Source of the DNA: an uncultured bacterium
GTDB taxonomy: Bacteria > Babelota > Babeliae > Babelales > Babelaceae
Length of the DNA: 64,000 nucleotides
Direction: 5' to 3'
Assembly (NCBI GenBank): GCA_963848965.1
Contig: CAWKFG010000005.1
Coordinates: forward strand, 1 to 64,000
Under the pieces are notes generated by a model. The model was not told the origin of the DNA, ran no database searches, and worked only from the letters and a program-made list of their open reading frames with translations. This document shows positions 39,664-50,713 of the stretch, one piece after another. The translations under genes and the position numbers were made by a program. The first letter of the stretch is position 1; every line of letters begins with the position of its first letter.

Positions 39664-40554
39664 TTATACAATTCTTTTAAGGCTGCGTGCTATCGCAACT
39701 GCTTTAAGAGCACTGAGCTCTTTATCCTTGATCTCAAGCATAATATCAAAGTCAAGTTCTTTTGTCGCTTCTAAAAAAGCTTTAAAGTGCTCTTCATTAA
39801 TAGTTTGAACATGTTTGCCCACCCTGTTACCAGGAGCTTGGCTACTATAATCGATCATGCCACTACCATCATGCACATTCCATGTCCCCAGCGCCAATTG
39901 TAACGCCTCTACAAGCGGCTCGCCATTATGTAAACACTCATGATGTAGAGTGTCAAAAAGTATAGGTATTCCTGTATGTTCGTGCAAAAAAAGGCAGTCT
40001 TTTAATGAATATGATCGCTCATCATTTTCAAGAACAAGTCTGCGTTTTACTTTATCACTCAAGGTATGATACGTAGAGATAAATCTTTTAAGAGCTTCCT
40101 CTTTATTGCCATAGACACCTCCACCATGAATTTGCATCTTTGCAGAGGTATCTAGTCCTAGGCTATCTAAAACAGTTGCATGATATTCAAGCTCTCGTAT
40201 ACTGTTTTGCACTATTGTAGAATCTGGTGAATTAATAACCACAAACTGATCAGGATGCATAGAAATCCGCAAGTTATGCTTTTTAATATAGTCACCAAGA
40301 GCAGCAAATTTAGGAGCAAAAAATTTTACCCAATCAAAATCAATAACCGAATGAGAAGCAAATGGCACTAAACAAGAACTTATTCTAAAAAAAAGTAATC
40401 CCATCTTTACATTGTATTCTAAAATTTGCTGCAGTGCATCCAGATTAGCATGTACTGTAGACACAAGTCGTGCAGAAGAATAGGAGCTTAACCGAAATGT
40501 TCGATTAGCACAACAGCCAAGTGACGTATTAATGCATGGATATCCAATCTTCAC
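39664..40554 (-). CDS. uvsE: UV DNA damage endonuclease
   Basis: IGYPCIN, FRISS, SMHPDQF, LENDE, FDTLHH and DIMLEIKDKE. Confidence 0.93.
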   Translation of the reverse strand: MKIGYPCINTSLGCCANRTFRLSSYSSARLVSTVHANLDALQQILEYNVKMGLLFFRISSCLVPFASHSVIDFDWVKFFAPKFAALGDYIKKHNLRISMHPDQFVVINSPDSTIVQNSIRELEYHATVLDSLGLDTSAKMQIHGGGVYGNKEEALKRFISTYHTLSDKVKRRLVLENDERSYSLKDCLFLHEHTGIPILFDTLHHECLHNGEPLVEALQLALGTWNVHDGSGMIDYSSQAPGNRVGKHVQTINEEHFKAFLEATKELDFDIMLEIKDKELSALKAVAIARSLKRIV

Positions 40555-41258
40555 TTGTTTCCACTTTGTTTTATTATTCCTTGCAATAAACTTCTTAAAC
40601 CGGCATTTTTAAGTTTTTCAAGCATCTGAGTAAAAGCTGGCATTTGTGAGTATGCAGGCTTGGCTATACTTTTTATAGCAGCTACATGCAAAGCGCTATT
40701 ACCCGTTTTATCTTTAATATTTGGATCTGCTCCTGCAGCTAATAAAAGGTTTACTAAAGCAAACTGGTCAAGCTCTATTGCTCGATATAAGGGAGTTTCT
40801 CCACCTTCATTTTGTGCATTAATATCTGCTTTATTCTGAAGAAGTAACTTTACCATGTCTATATTCCCTGAAACAATAGCTCCATGCAAAGGAGTTTCTC
40901 CGTAGTGAACCTTAACATTACTATTTGCGCCTTTTTCAAGCAGGAACTTTGCCCTCTCAAGAGATCCTATTGTAGCTACCAAAAAGAGCTCTTCTGGATG
41001 AGCTTTAATATAATTTCTTGTAAAAGCCTCAATCGTAGCTGGGCTATCAATAAGAGCCTTAAACTTTTTATTAACTACTCTTAATGCTTTAAGCTTTTTC
41101 AAAGCTGCCTCAAGTGATGGTCCCTCGTATATGAAAGAAATGATAAGTGCTTTTACCTCTTTTGGTAAAGTATCCCAGCTAGGTTGAACTGGCGTCATAC
41201 TATAAGAACTCGTATAGAGAAAAGTAATAATAAGTATAATTATGAATGTGTTTTTCAT
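40551..41258 (-). CDS. Secreted F-box-like + ankyrin repeat protein
   Basis: SWDTLPKEVKALIISFI...LRVVNKKFK, followed by GETPLH repeats. Confidence 0.88.
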   Translation of the reverse strand: MKNTFIIILIITFLYTSSYSMTPVQPSWDTLPKEVKALIISFIYEGPSLEAALKKLKALRVVNKKFKALIDSPATIEAFTRNYIKAHPEELFLVATIGSLERAKFLLEKGANSNVKVHYGETPLHGAIVSGNIDMVKLLLQNKADINAQNEGGETPLYRAIELDQFALVNLLLAAGADPNIKDKTGNSALHVAAIKSIAKPAYSQMPAFTQMLEKLKNAGLRSLLQGIIKQSGNK

Positions 41259-41596
41259 ACTAAACCTTTTTCATTATCGCTATTTTTATTAAAATTATAA
41301 CAAAGTGATACTTAAAAAAACAATAAACAGGCATTTTGGGCATTAAAGGCATTTACTATAGGACCAGAAATCATCTCTTTTTATAGAAACTCTCTATAAG
41401 TGTGCTGTATTTGCCGCAATCCTTTATCACTTGAAAGTCCATAAAAAAGGTCCTATAATCAAAATACTTATAAAAATAGTAAATCATGGAAAAGAAATAT
41501 AATTTTTTTATATATTATTTTCTCAATAAATCCTTGAAACGTATAACGTCGCTACACATAAAAGTTCTACTACCGTAAATATAAAAGAGGTACTCT

Positions 41597-42178
41597 ATGA
41601 TAAAGATTATAACTTATTTATGTATTTGCTCTAGCACTCTTTGTCTAGCTATGCAAACCAATAAAGACCCTCTCAAGGTATTAAAGGATGAGGTATCTTC
41701 TGATGCACATACTATAGAGGAAAAGTTGAGACAGCTACATCCTCAAATTACTCCTGAAGTAGAGCAAAAAGATGAAGCAAGTGCAATGCCCCCTGGTACT
41801 ACAGTAATACGAGAAGATGTACAATCTACAGGAGAGACGTTTAAGAATGCAAAACCTGTCTTTACTCCAGGAAAGAAAAGAAAGCGAACAGTTTTTAGCA
41901 TCTATAATATACCGCAAGAACAACCTGCTCAACAATCAGAAGAACAACCTACAGCATCTAGCGGTAATCAAGCCAAAAATGAAAAAGAGACCACTACTCA
42001 AGTGCCACCACAAGAAACATCCTCTCTACCAAAAGAAACACTACATAAACAGAAAAAACAATTACAGTGGCTTTCTAAAAGGTGGGTTCACGTAGGAGTT
42101 GGTATTGGAGTACTTACCCTTATAGGATACTTGTACTACAAAAAATCTGCTTCACATACTCCAAGTGTTCAAAAGTGA
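41597..42178 (+). CDS. Hypothetical protein with signal peptide, disordered body and C-terminal TM anchor
   Basis: ...CLAMQ N-terminus. VGVGIGVLTLIGYLYY followed by KK. Confidence 0.7.
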   Translation: MIKIITYLCICSSTLCLAMQTNKDPLKVLKDEVSSDAHTIEEKLRQLHPQITPEVEQKDEASAMPPGTTVIREDVQSTGETFKNAKPVFTPGKKRKRTVFSIYNIPQEQPAQQSEEQPTASSGNQAKNEKETTTQVPPQETSSLPKETLHKQKKQLQWLSKRWVHVGVGIGVLTLIGYLYYKKSASHTPSVQK

Positions 42179-42252
42179 TTTTCTTCTACATTACATCTTC
42201 AGCAACAAAAACTCAGTTTTTGAGTACGAAGAATCTCTTTGTGCTATAAACA

Positions 42253-42280
42253 AATAAGAGGGAAGTTTTTCCCTCTTATT
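42253..42280. terminator. Stem-loop between convergent genes
   Basis: AATAAGAGGGAA-gttt-TTCCCTCTTATT. Confidence 0.65.
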
Positions 42281-42314
42281 ATAACTATCTTTCTTCTTCA
42301 TATGATGCTTGAGA

Positions 42315-42710
42315 TTACTCGAGCTCAGAATTTTCAAAAGAAGGTTCTGGACTAGCTACTGTTAATCCACCAGATTTTAGCTTAAAGTTCATCATATCAG
42401 AGAACTTGCTAAACTGTAGAACTGGTAATGCAGCATCCTTTGCAGCACACTCTTCTTCAATTATCAGATAGCGTAAATCAAACTCTCCAGAATCTTTGCT
42501 CTTTTCAATATATACTTCTAATCGTGCTGCAACTGCGCCTTCAAGATTCTTTGTTGTTCCCGCTTTTATTAATGTTCCAGCTTTCTTATCATAGTTAGAG
42601 ATAAAAACGTCAGTTGGACCATCATTAATAAAAGTAAAAGGACATGCTATCAGAGAACCTAAGCTTAGAAACAGCACCATTCCTGCTAATTTTAAAATAG
42701 TAAAATCCAT
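42315..42710 (-). CDS. Hypothetical secreted protein
   Basis: AAGGA RBS, signal peptide, ACPFTFIND. Confidence 0.65.
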   Translation of the reverse strand: MDFTILKLAGMVLFLSLGSLIACPFTFINDGPTDVFISNYDKKAGTLIKAGTTKNLEGAVAARLEVYIEKSKDSGEFDLRYLIIEEECAAKDAALPVLQFSKFSDMMNFKLKSGGLTVASPEPSFENSELE

Positions 42711-42906
42711 AATAATCCTTTATTTTTAATAAAAAGCTATATGTAAGTTGTATATTCTAAATAGTAAATATTTACATTAAAAAGTCAAACGTAGTGGAAC
42801 ATTCTATAAAACTGTACCTAATTGACAAAATAAGTCTTTTTAAAGTTAAACTGGTGGTGTTTTTATATTTCCTAAAATTTTTCTATCTGCTTTACTAGGG
42901 GGTCTT

Positions 42907-43515
42907 ATGCATAGAAAAAAACTTTTTTCAACAGCCTTCATTGCTGTCTGCTTACTCCTTTCTGGATGTGCTCGTTATAGAGCTCAGCCTCTTCCTCACC
43001 TTGTTAACTCATGTACAGCTCATCCTATTAATAAAGAGGACATTAAATTTGGTTATAAGGTTTTTAGTCCTGTTGACTGTAAGATGTTTTTAGATAGGGA
43101 TGTTTTAAGACAAGGGTATCAACCTATACAAATTACCATAACAAATAATTCTCATCGGTATCTTAAATTTTCTGCGCGTGGTATTAGCTTACCATGTGTA
43201 CCTCCTTATGAAGTAGCACAAAGAGTACATACTTCTACCGTAAGTAGAGTAGTTGGTTGGGGAGTCCCTGGTCTCTTTATTTGGCCATTCTTAATCCCTG
43301 CAGTAGTAGATGGAGTAGGCTCTGAAAAAGCAAATAAGCAACTTGATATTGATTATGCTACAAAGTTTGCTAGAGCTCAGGTAATTGAGCCATATACTAC
43401 ACTCAATGGTCTTATTTTTGTACCATTGCACTCATTTAATCCTCACTTTACGGTCACTTTAGTAGACCAAGATACACGTGAAAAAATAACATTCTCTTCA
43501 ATTGCTCCATTATAA
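42907..43515 (+). CDS. Putative lipoprotein
   Basis: Lipobox LLSGC. Confidence 0.75.
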   Translation: MHRKKLFSTAFIAVCLLLSGCARYRAQPLPHLVNSCTAHPINKEDIKFGYKVFSPVDCKMFLDRDVLRQGYQPIQITITNNSHRYLKFSARGISLPCVPPYEVAQRVHTSTVSRVVGWGVPGLFIWPFLIPAVVDGVGSEKANKQLDIDYATKFARAQVIEPYTTLNGLIFVPLHSFNPHFTVTLVDQDTREKITFSSIAPL

Positions 43516-43574
43516 GGACTCTTGCATAAGGTGCTCTTTCTTAAGTATACTCAAAGAAAAGAAAGGGCACCTGT

Positions 43575-44126
43575 ATGGATTACCTAGCAAAACTATTTCT
43601 CAGCACAGTTTTTGTAATAAGTGGCATCTTGTTGTTTCTTCATTTTTTCAAACCACGCAAAAAATATCCTGCTCTTAAAAAAGGGGACGTAGCTCCAGAT
43701 TTTACCCTTGTAGACGAAGAAGGTAATGAGCGCAGCCTTCACCGATTGAAAGGACATAGAGTTGTTATCTATTTCTTTCCAAAAGCAGATACACCAGGAT
43801 GCACACAACAAGCATGCGGTATTCGAGATGCCTATGATATCTATAAAGAAAAAGATATTAAAGTATTTGGCATAAGTTATGATAGCCCTGAAACATTAAA
43901 AAAGTTTAAAGAAAAATATCATCTTCCCTTTACTCTCTTAAGCGACAGCTCTAAAGAAGTAGCACAACGCTATGGTGCCTATAAAAGCGCTATAAATGCC
44001 CTGTTTCCAGCCCGTATTACCTTTTTAGTTAATGAGGAAGGTAAGATTGTCAAAATTATTGAAAATGTAGATGTTTCTACCCATGCACAAGACATTATTT
44101 CCGCGTTTGGTCTAGGACCTCAATAA
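43575..44126 (+). CDS. bcp: Peroxiredoxin, BCP/PrxQ type, with an N-terminal TM
   Basis: APDFTL, YFFPKADTPGCTQQAC and FTLLSD. Confidence 0.9.
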   Translation: MDYLAKLFLSTVFVISGILLFLHFFKPRKKYPALKKGDVAPDFTLVDEEGNERSLHRLKGHRVVIYFFPKADTPGCTQQACGIRDAYDIYKEKDIKVFGISYDSPETLKKFKEKYHLPFTLLSDSSKEVAQRYGAYKSAINALFPARITFLVNEEGKIVKIIENVDVSTHAQDIISAFGLGPQ

Positions 44127-44325
44127 TTCAGTATTTATGGCATTTAATGGAAAGAATGATTTCTTGAAAAAGAACTCTTTACTGAAAAATGAGCAGATGA
44201 ATTGAATTTCTCTTTTACTTAATGTGCTCTTGGAACTATAACATAGACTACTAGAAATCCATGCCTTTGACAAATCATAAAATAAAGCATATCTTGAAAT
44301 TAAATACCTCTACATAGGTACAAGA

Positions 44326-45477
44326 ATGCTGAAAGTACTTAAAAAGCACTTTGTTTATTTCTCTTTACCGCCTCTCTTTTGGATTACGCTCGCTTGTATT
44401 GGTGGTATTATAGGCAAAGCATATAGCCCTTCTGTTTTTCTTCACTTTCTTTTCGCTTTACTCATCGCAGCTACTTTTTGTCTGTATCTCTTTTGCAAAT
44501 GCTCTTTACAAACAGTGGTTACAAGTTGCTTAGTATATACAGTATTTTTGTTTGCAGGATGGCACTATGAGCGTATAATTGCACAGCACACTACTTTCTA
44601 TACAACTTTTGTTAATAAGCCTGTTTCCTGTACAGCATATGTCTGTTCTTGTGAAACTACTGCAAACAGATTTAAACATGCAGTTACTATTACTACGCAA
44701 ACAATCAAGTATGATAATAAAACAGTACCTGCACGATATACTATTAAGATGCATCTACTGTATAAACCACAGTTTTATGTTGGTGATACCATACACGTTA
44801 AGAATCTCGTTATTAAACCAGTTACCAATCACTCATTTGAAAATTATCTTATAAAAGAAGGCGTTATAGCTACGCTTTTTTTACCCAAAATAGACTATAC
44901 ACTTATTAAACATCCAGGGTATAGCTTTAATAGATTTCTCGCACATACAAGGCAACGAGTTACTGAAAATATTCTGAAAAAAATGAGTAAACAAACGGGA
45001 GCATTATTCTCCTCTATTTTTCTTGGCACAAAGCCTGCAGATACTCATATGCTTGAACGTATAAAAGAGCAATTTACTCAATGGGGAATAGTACATTACT
45101 TAGCACGATCAGGATTACATGTAATACTTATTGTATTGTTATGGGCTATGTTACTGCGCCTTATACCATTACCATTCTTTGTAAAACAGTGTATTATGCT
45201 TTTTTTGATTGTACTCTATCATATACTTACTTGGCCCAGCATATCATTTATGAGAGCTCTCATAACCTTTGTACTCTATAGGCTGTGCGCTTTAAGAACA
45301 TTACCAGCTCATCCGCTTGCTCTTCTAAGCATAACAACCCTTGCAGTACTTCTTTATAATCCTCTTGAATTGTTCTTTTTAGATTTTCAGTTAAGTTTTG
45401 GCCTTACAGCAGCGCTTGCTTGGTTTAGTGAACTTTCTGCTCAACACAAACTTTATGCAGAAACTGTACTATCATAA
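44326..45477 (+). CDS. comEC: ComEC/Rec2 competence membrane protein (no MBL domain)
   Basis: GIVHYLARSGLHV, SFMRA, LLYNP and DFQLSF. Confidence 0.85.
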   Translation: MLKVLKKHFVYFSLPPLFWITLACIGGIIGKAYSPSVFLHFLFALLIAATFCLYLFCKCSLQTVVTSCLVYTVFLFAGWHYERIIAQHTTFYTTFVNKPVSCTAYVCSCETTANRFKHAVTITTQTIKYDNKTVPARYTIKMHLLYKPQFYVGDTIHVKNLVIKPVTNHSFENYLIKEGVIATLFLPKIDYTLIKHPGYSFNRFLAHTRQRVTENILKKMSKQTGALFSSIFLGTKPADTHMLERIKEQFTQWGIVHYLARSGLHVILIVLLWAMLLRLIPLPFFVKQCIMLFLIVLYHILTWPSISFMRALITFVLYRLCALRTLPAHPLALLSITTLAVLLYNPLELFFLDFQLSFGLTAALAWFSELSAQHKLYAETVLS

Positions 45478-47790
45478 GGTGTTTTTACCAGTAAGGCATT
45501 TCTGAAAAGACGTTATTCCCAATGCTTTAATAGCATCTAACGAGGAATAAAATTGCGGTCGCGACCATATATGAACGGTTTTATCTTCACATGCTGTTAC
45601 CAAAGTATATGTATCTAAGATACATAAAGAGCATAGAGGACTTTGATGCCCCAATACTTGAATGCATCCAAGAGCTTTCAAATCCCATATTTTTACGTTT
45701 TTATCACGCGAGCAGGTAACAAAATGAGTCTCGTCTAATGAACAGATACGTATGACAGAAGCATCATGATTTTCCAAGCGCTTTATACTAAAGTATGGCG
45801 CCTCTTTTAGTAAGTCTATGCAGTACAGATTTCCATTTTCTAAACCTACAATTACCCTATTTTCGCTTATCTTCAGTAAAGACGTTATACCTATAGCGTC
45901 TTCAAGCATTATCGTTTTTAAACATTCTTTAGTCTCGGTACTCCATATGCGCATAGTTCCGTCAAGAGATGTCGAGACAAGTGTTCGTGAATTAAGAGCT
46001 TCAATGGCAGAAATTTCTTTTGTATGGCCGCTAAGAACAAGAAGACATTTTCCATCTTTACAATTCCATGCGCGGATAGTAGTATCGCGAGAACCAGATA
46101 AGAGTATAAGCGAAGGTTCAAATTGCTCCCATGGATACAACCATACTAATGGAAAAACAAAATCCTCTACACTAAAAGACATCTGAGAGGCTTCTATTAT
46201 TGTTCCTACCCTGTCTGTATGTCCAACCAGAGCCCTTTCTTCTGTTAGCACCCCTCTTTTCCATAATCGTATTGTTCCATCTACTGATGATGAGCAAAAA
46301 CTAAAGAGCGGGGAATCTGATTGAGTTAAAGCACATAGTGCTTTGTCATGAAGTTTTTTAGATTGTTTTAAGATATACTCATCTTTCCTACTTTGACTCC
46401 AAATCTGTATAGTTCCATCTGAAAAACCTACTAAAATCGGTTTTCTAAAGTTCAACTCATCCTGCGCACTTATCATCTCTTTTGCCTGACACCAGCAGGT
46501 AATATCTTTCTCTACACTAAATTCCTGTTGATGAGCAAAGGTATAATGATAAGTCTTCATTAATTTTTGATTGACTGTATGTTCAACATGTCGTCTATTA
46601 GGCTCCTGTGCAAAAAACTTGCAAAACTCACTATTTTTCGACAGCTCTACTATATTATGCACAAGATAGGACGTATATTTCTCTTCAATAGTCGATAGAG
46701 CGATACTAAACTTAGGATTACGGTTCATAGCATTAATCCATTTAAGAGCTCTGGCTGCATTATCATGGGAAAGAGCTAGCGGAAATAAACTTTCTGCTAA
46801 AGGTAGAGCAAATACAGATAGTAAATGTTCTCTATCATCTTGACCGAGAGCATAGCGTAACAATGCTATTTTTAATGGTTCTAAATCTGAGTTACAAGCA
46901 AGTTCTAAAATACCCTCAAAGTGCTTATTATGATCATACGTATTAAAGAGCGTCACCAGTGCTTTATATAATAAGAGAACCAATTCCTTACTATCATTAC
47001 TTAAACAGGTTTGTTTAAAATCAAGACTGTGCTTGTGAGCAAAAAGATACCATTCGCGTAGTATATGCTCTACTAGAAAGCCAAGAGCTGTTATATTTAC
47101 TTCATGCTGTAGCGTAAATCGTCGATTTTCTTCAAAGAGAAATGCTGTTTTAAGGAAAGGAAAAAAATCTGCTATCTTATGAAAAACATATACTTTACTT
47201 GTCAAGCTATTCAGCCCTTGCTCAACATTAATAGTGAAAAAATACCTTTCTCTTAAGCATTTCCTTATAACATGAGCAAGATCACGTTCTCTAACATCAG
47301 AGTGCTCTTCATGGTATAAATATTTTATAAAAAGTAAGATGTAATCTCCAGAACCCGATTTTTCCTTGCTTTCCTGTATGTCTATAGCTGCATTCAGCTT
47401 ACTTATAAGCTCTTCCCTTTCAACTTTGCCTTTATAGTTCCTCCATAAGAGTAGTAATTCTTGAAAGCACTGATATGTAGAGAGTGGATAAGAAAATGTA
47501 ATATTCTTAGAGGAAACAGGAAAAATACGTGTAAGCACTGCACTTGTTACAGTATCGAGTACTATCGGCAGCTGGTTATTAATTATAAGAGTATAAGCTT
47601 CTTCAGGTATTTTCTGCTCAGTATCTTTTTCCATACTTAAAAGATACTTTTCTGGTAAAAAGAATCCTATACACCCTAATTTAAAACAAAAAGAAACAAG
47701 AAGAGCAAGTACTTTCTTATTAAAGAGCGTATGCAACAAGTAAGCTCTTTTACAAAGTTTTACAAAGTTGCCCATAACTAGCTTTTGCAT
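45472..47790 (-). CDS. WD40 repeat protein with an N-terminal helical (possibly BTB-like) region
   Basis: C-terminal GHT...SGSRD.TIR.W repeats. Signal-like ...LLSME. Confidence 0.85.
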   Translation of the reverse strand: MQKLVMGNFVKLCKRAYLLHTLFNKKVLALLVSFCFKLGCIGFFLPEKYLLSMEKDTEQKIPEEAYTLIINNQLPIVLDTVTSAVLTRIFPVSSKNITFSYPLSTYQCFQELLLLWRNYKGKVEREELISKLNAAIDIQESKEKSGSGDYILLFIKYLYHEEHSDVRERDLAHVIRKCLRERYFFTINVEQGLNSLTSKVYVFHKIADFFPFLKTAFLFEENRRFTLQHEVNITALGFLVEHILREWYLFAHKHSLDFKQTCLSNDSKELVLLLYKALVTLFNTYDHNKHFEGILELACNSDLEPLKIALLRYALGQDDREHLLSVFALPLAESLFPLALSHDNAARALKWINAMNRNPKFSIALSTIEEKYTSYLVHNIVELSKNSEFCKFFAQEPNRRHVEHTVNQKLMKTYHYTFAHQQEFSVEKDITCWCQAKEMISAQDELNFRKPILVGFSDGTIQIWSQSRKDEYILKQSKKLHDKALCALTQSDSPLFSFCSSSVDGTIRLWKRGVLTEERALVGHTDRVGTIIEASQMSFSVEDFVFPLVWLYPWEQFEPSLILLSGSRDTTIRAWNCKDGKCLLVLSGHTKEISAIEALNSRTLVSTSLDGTMRIWSTETKECLKTIMLEDAIGITSLLKISENRVIVGLENGNLYCIDLLKEAPYFSIKRLENHDASVIRICSLDETHFVTCSRDKNVKIWDLKALGCIQVLGHQSPLCSLCILDTYTLVTACEDKTVHIWSRPQFYSSLDAIKALGITSFQKCLTGKNTL

Positions 47791-48008
47791 ATTACAGCCT
47801 TTTATAACAAGTATCTCTTAAGTTTCACTGAAAACTAAATCAAAGCACCTTCTTTGTCAAGACAATAACTGATGTAAGTAACTGCGTTAAGTTTTTGCTA
47901 GCAAGTTCGTTTGCTCTCAATAATTTCAGTAAGCAAAACGACAAACCATTGCCCTCAAAAGAAAGGATAGATTAGACTAATCATAGCACATACAAAAGGG
48001 GGGAGAGT

Positions 48009-49373
48009 ATGAAGCATCTTGTATTAGCTGTATCTTTTTTTATAACGTGTCTATTCTTTTCATGTATATCATACGCAACCACAAAAGTTGATGTCGCTGC
48101 CATTGTACCCGTTGATAAATTACCAAGTTACACGGTCGTTGTATATATGGCTGCTCGTAATGACCTCTTTCCTTTTGCAGGACGTAATATCAAACAGATG
48201 CAACAAATTGGCTCCAATGAGCGACTTAAGCTTTTCATTCAATTTGATATGCATAAACCTGCACAAAGCCGCTTAACAAAACGATTCTTTATTGACGAAA
48301 AGCATAAAATAGGTCAAGTTGGCCCCGATCTTTGTATGGATAGCGGAGACATTAACTCATTAATAGATTGCGTAAGGTGCGCTCATGAAATGTTTCCTTC
48401 AGATGAACTAGTAATAATCCTATGGAATCATGGAACTGGTGAAATAGAGCCTTCTTTACAGCGCGCTATAAACCCTTCAGAACTTTTTTCGTATAATCCT
48501 AAAAATAAGCTTATTGAACTTAACAGAAGCGTAAGCTTTCTAGATCATATTACAGGCGGCAAAATAGAGTTTGAAGATGATTGTAAAGGTATTTTGATTG
48601 ATGATTCATCGGGAAGATATTTAACCAATCAGCAACTACGTGAAGGCCTTGAAATTATCTCAAAAGATATCATAAAAAAGAAAGTAGCAATTCTTGCGTG
48701 TGATGCATGCCATATGTCAGGTATTGGTATTATGAGCCCCTTAAAGGATTATGTAGAATACTTTATCGGCTCTCAAGAAGTTGAGCTTGGAACAGGATAC
48801 AATTATACAGCACTTTTTGAACCGTTTATGTTCTCCTCGTTAGATAAAGAATCATTTGCTCATCACTTTGTTTCATGCTTTAAAGATACCTATAGCAGAA
48901 TCACACAAGATTATACTCATTCAGCAATCAATTTATCAAAGATAGATCTTCTTGAGCACAATATAGACCAGATAGCAAACCACCTTATATATGGCTTACA
49001 AAATCAGAAAAATAGATCTGTAAAAGAGGCAATCAGGCTTAGCAGACGTACGAGTACTAATTTTACTGAAACTACGTACATAGATATTAGTCACTTTTTA
49101 ACCAATATGCTGTCTCATATAGATAAATGTGAATTAATCGATGCTCAAGAAACAGTAACATTTAAAAAGAGCCTTTCAGAGCTTTTAGCTGCAGGCAACT
49201 CGCTTATTGGTGATATTGTTATTGCAAATACTGTAGGCAGAAACCTCCAATCTGCAAAGGGGATCTCAATTTATTTTCCTGAAACAAGAATACACAAATC
49301 ATACCCACAAACTGAGTTTGCACTAAGAACAAGTTGGCTTAACTTCCTCAGAGCATATGTGATGCTGAGATAG
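48009..49373 (+). CDS. Clostripain-family (C11) cysteine peptidase, secreted
   Basis: YT.VVYMAARNDL, LWNHG (His), DAC (Cys), SQE and GISIYFP. Confidence 0.88.
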   Translation: MKHLVLAVSFFITCLFFSCISYATTKVDVAAIVPVDKLPSYTVVVYMAARNDLFPFAGRNIKQMQQIGSNERLKLFIQFDMHKPAQSRLTKRFFIDEKHKIGQVGPDLCMDSGDINSLIDCVRCAHEMFPSDELVIILWNHGTGEIEPSLQRAINPSELFSYNPKNKLIELNRSVSFLDHITGGKIEFEDDCKGILIDDSSGRYLTNQQLREGLEIISKDIIKKKVAILACDACHMSGIGIMSPLKDYVEYFIGSQEVELGTGYNYTALFEPFMFSSLDKESFAHHFVSCFKDTYSRITQDYTHSAINLSKIDLLEHNIDQIANHLIYGLQNQKNRSVKEAIRLSRRTSTNFTETTYIDISHFLTNMLSHIDKCELIDAQETVTFKKSLSELLAAGNSLIGDIVIANTVGRNLQSAKGISIYFPETRIHKSYPQTEFALRTSWLNFLRAYVMLR

Positions 49374-49381
49374 GATGCTCT

Positions 49382-50713
49382 ATGATACGCTCTCTTAAAC
49401 AATTTTTATTGTATTCCTATGTCCTCTGCTTTACAGCATATGTTGAAGCTACGCTTACTTCTAATATGCCTACGTATACAGTTGTTGTATATATGGCAGC
49501 ACGTAATGATCTCTTTCCTTTTGCAGGGCGTAATATTAAGCAAATGCAACAAATTGGTTCTAATGAGAGGCTTAAAATATTTGTCCATTTTGATATGCAC
49601 AAATTTGGTGGCCAAAAAGTAACAAAACGATTTTTTGTAGAAAAGAATAAAACAGTTCCCATTGGACCAGAACTTTCAATGGATAGTGGAGATATTGACT
49701 CTTTAATAGATTGTGTAAAATGCGCTCACGAAAAATATCCGTCAGACGAACTTATACTTATATTGTGGAACCATGGTACAGGTCCTTTAGAACCAGAAAT
49801 ACAAAAGTCTATTAACCCTTCTGATCTCTTTCGCTACAACACTAAGACGCGGCTTATCGAGCTTGATCGTAGCATAAGCTTCATTGAGTACATGAGTAAA
49901 CCAAAAAAAAGAGGTATATGCTTTGATGATATCTCAGGTAAATATTTAACCAATCAGCAACTCAAAGAAGGACTACACTATATTAGTACACACATTCTTA
50001 AGAAAAAAATTGCAATTTTAAGCTGTGATGCTTGTTCTATGGCAGGTGCAGATGTTTTTATACCCTTTAAAGATGATGTAGAATATTTTATAGCATCACA
50101 AGAAGTTGAGCTAGGAACAGGATATAATTATGCAACTATTTTTGAACCATTTCTTTTTAAATCATTAAGTAAAGAAGCATTTGCACGCCATTTTGTCAAT
50201 TCTTATAAAGATACTTATAGCAAAATAACACACGACTATACTCACTCAGCAGTTGATCTTTCTCAAGCTTACCGCCTTGAACAAACTATAGATATGCTTT
50301 CTAAACTTCTCATACAAGGTCTTGATAAACAGAAAGAACGATCAGTGTACGAAGCAATTAAAAAAGCCAAACATAAAGATTTTTGCACACGATTTAATGA
50401 GCCAACATTCCTTGATCTCAGCCATCTGTTAAGCAACTTATTATATACCGTAAATAAATGCGAGCTACAGACTCCTGATGAGACAAAGGCATGGAAAACA
50501 GAGATTAATGAACTTATTAATCAAGGAATTAACACTATTAATAATGTTGTAATAGCAAACGCTGTAGGAAAAAATCTTCAATATGCAAAAGGGGTCTCTA
50601 TTTACTTTCCTGAGATTATTATGCACAAATCCTATCTTATTAACGATTTTGCAGTCAAAACCAATTGGCTTAAATTCCTTAAACGGTATCTGGAGCTTGA
50701 AGTTCCATCATAA
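49382..50713 (+). CDS. Clostripain-family (C11) cysteine peptidase, tandem paralog
   Basis: Same motifs, with long near-identical stretches shared with 48009-49373. Confidence 0.88.
   Translation: MIRSLKQFLLYSYVLCFTAYVEATLTSNMPTYTVVVYMAARNDLFPFAGRNIKQMQQIGSNERLKIFVHFDMHKFGGQKVTKRFFVEKNKTVPIGPELSMDSGDIDSLIDCVKCAHEKYPSDELILILWNHGTGPLEPEIQKSINPSDLFRYNTKTRLIELDRSISFIEYMSKPKKRGICFDDISGKYLTNQQLKEGLHYISTHILKKKIAILSCDACSMAGADVFIPFKDDVEYFIASQEVELGTGYNYATIFEPFLFKSLSKEAFARHFVNSYKDTYSKITHDYTHSAVDLSQAYRLEQTIDMLSKLLIQGLDKQKERSVYEAIKKAKHKDFCTRFNEPTFLDLSHLLSNLLYTVNKCELQTPDETKAWKTEINELINQGINTINNVVIANAVGKNLQYAKGVSIYFPEIIMHKSYLINDFAVKTNWLKFLKRYLELEVPS

Noticed and set aside
41487..41579. 30-codon ORF MEKKYNFFIYYF... 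upstream of 41597
   Set aside because: No clear RBS, AT-rich promoter-like sequence, no supporting feature.
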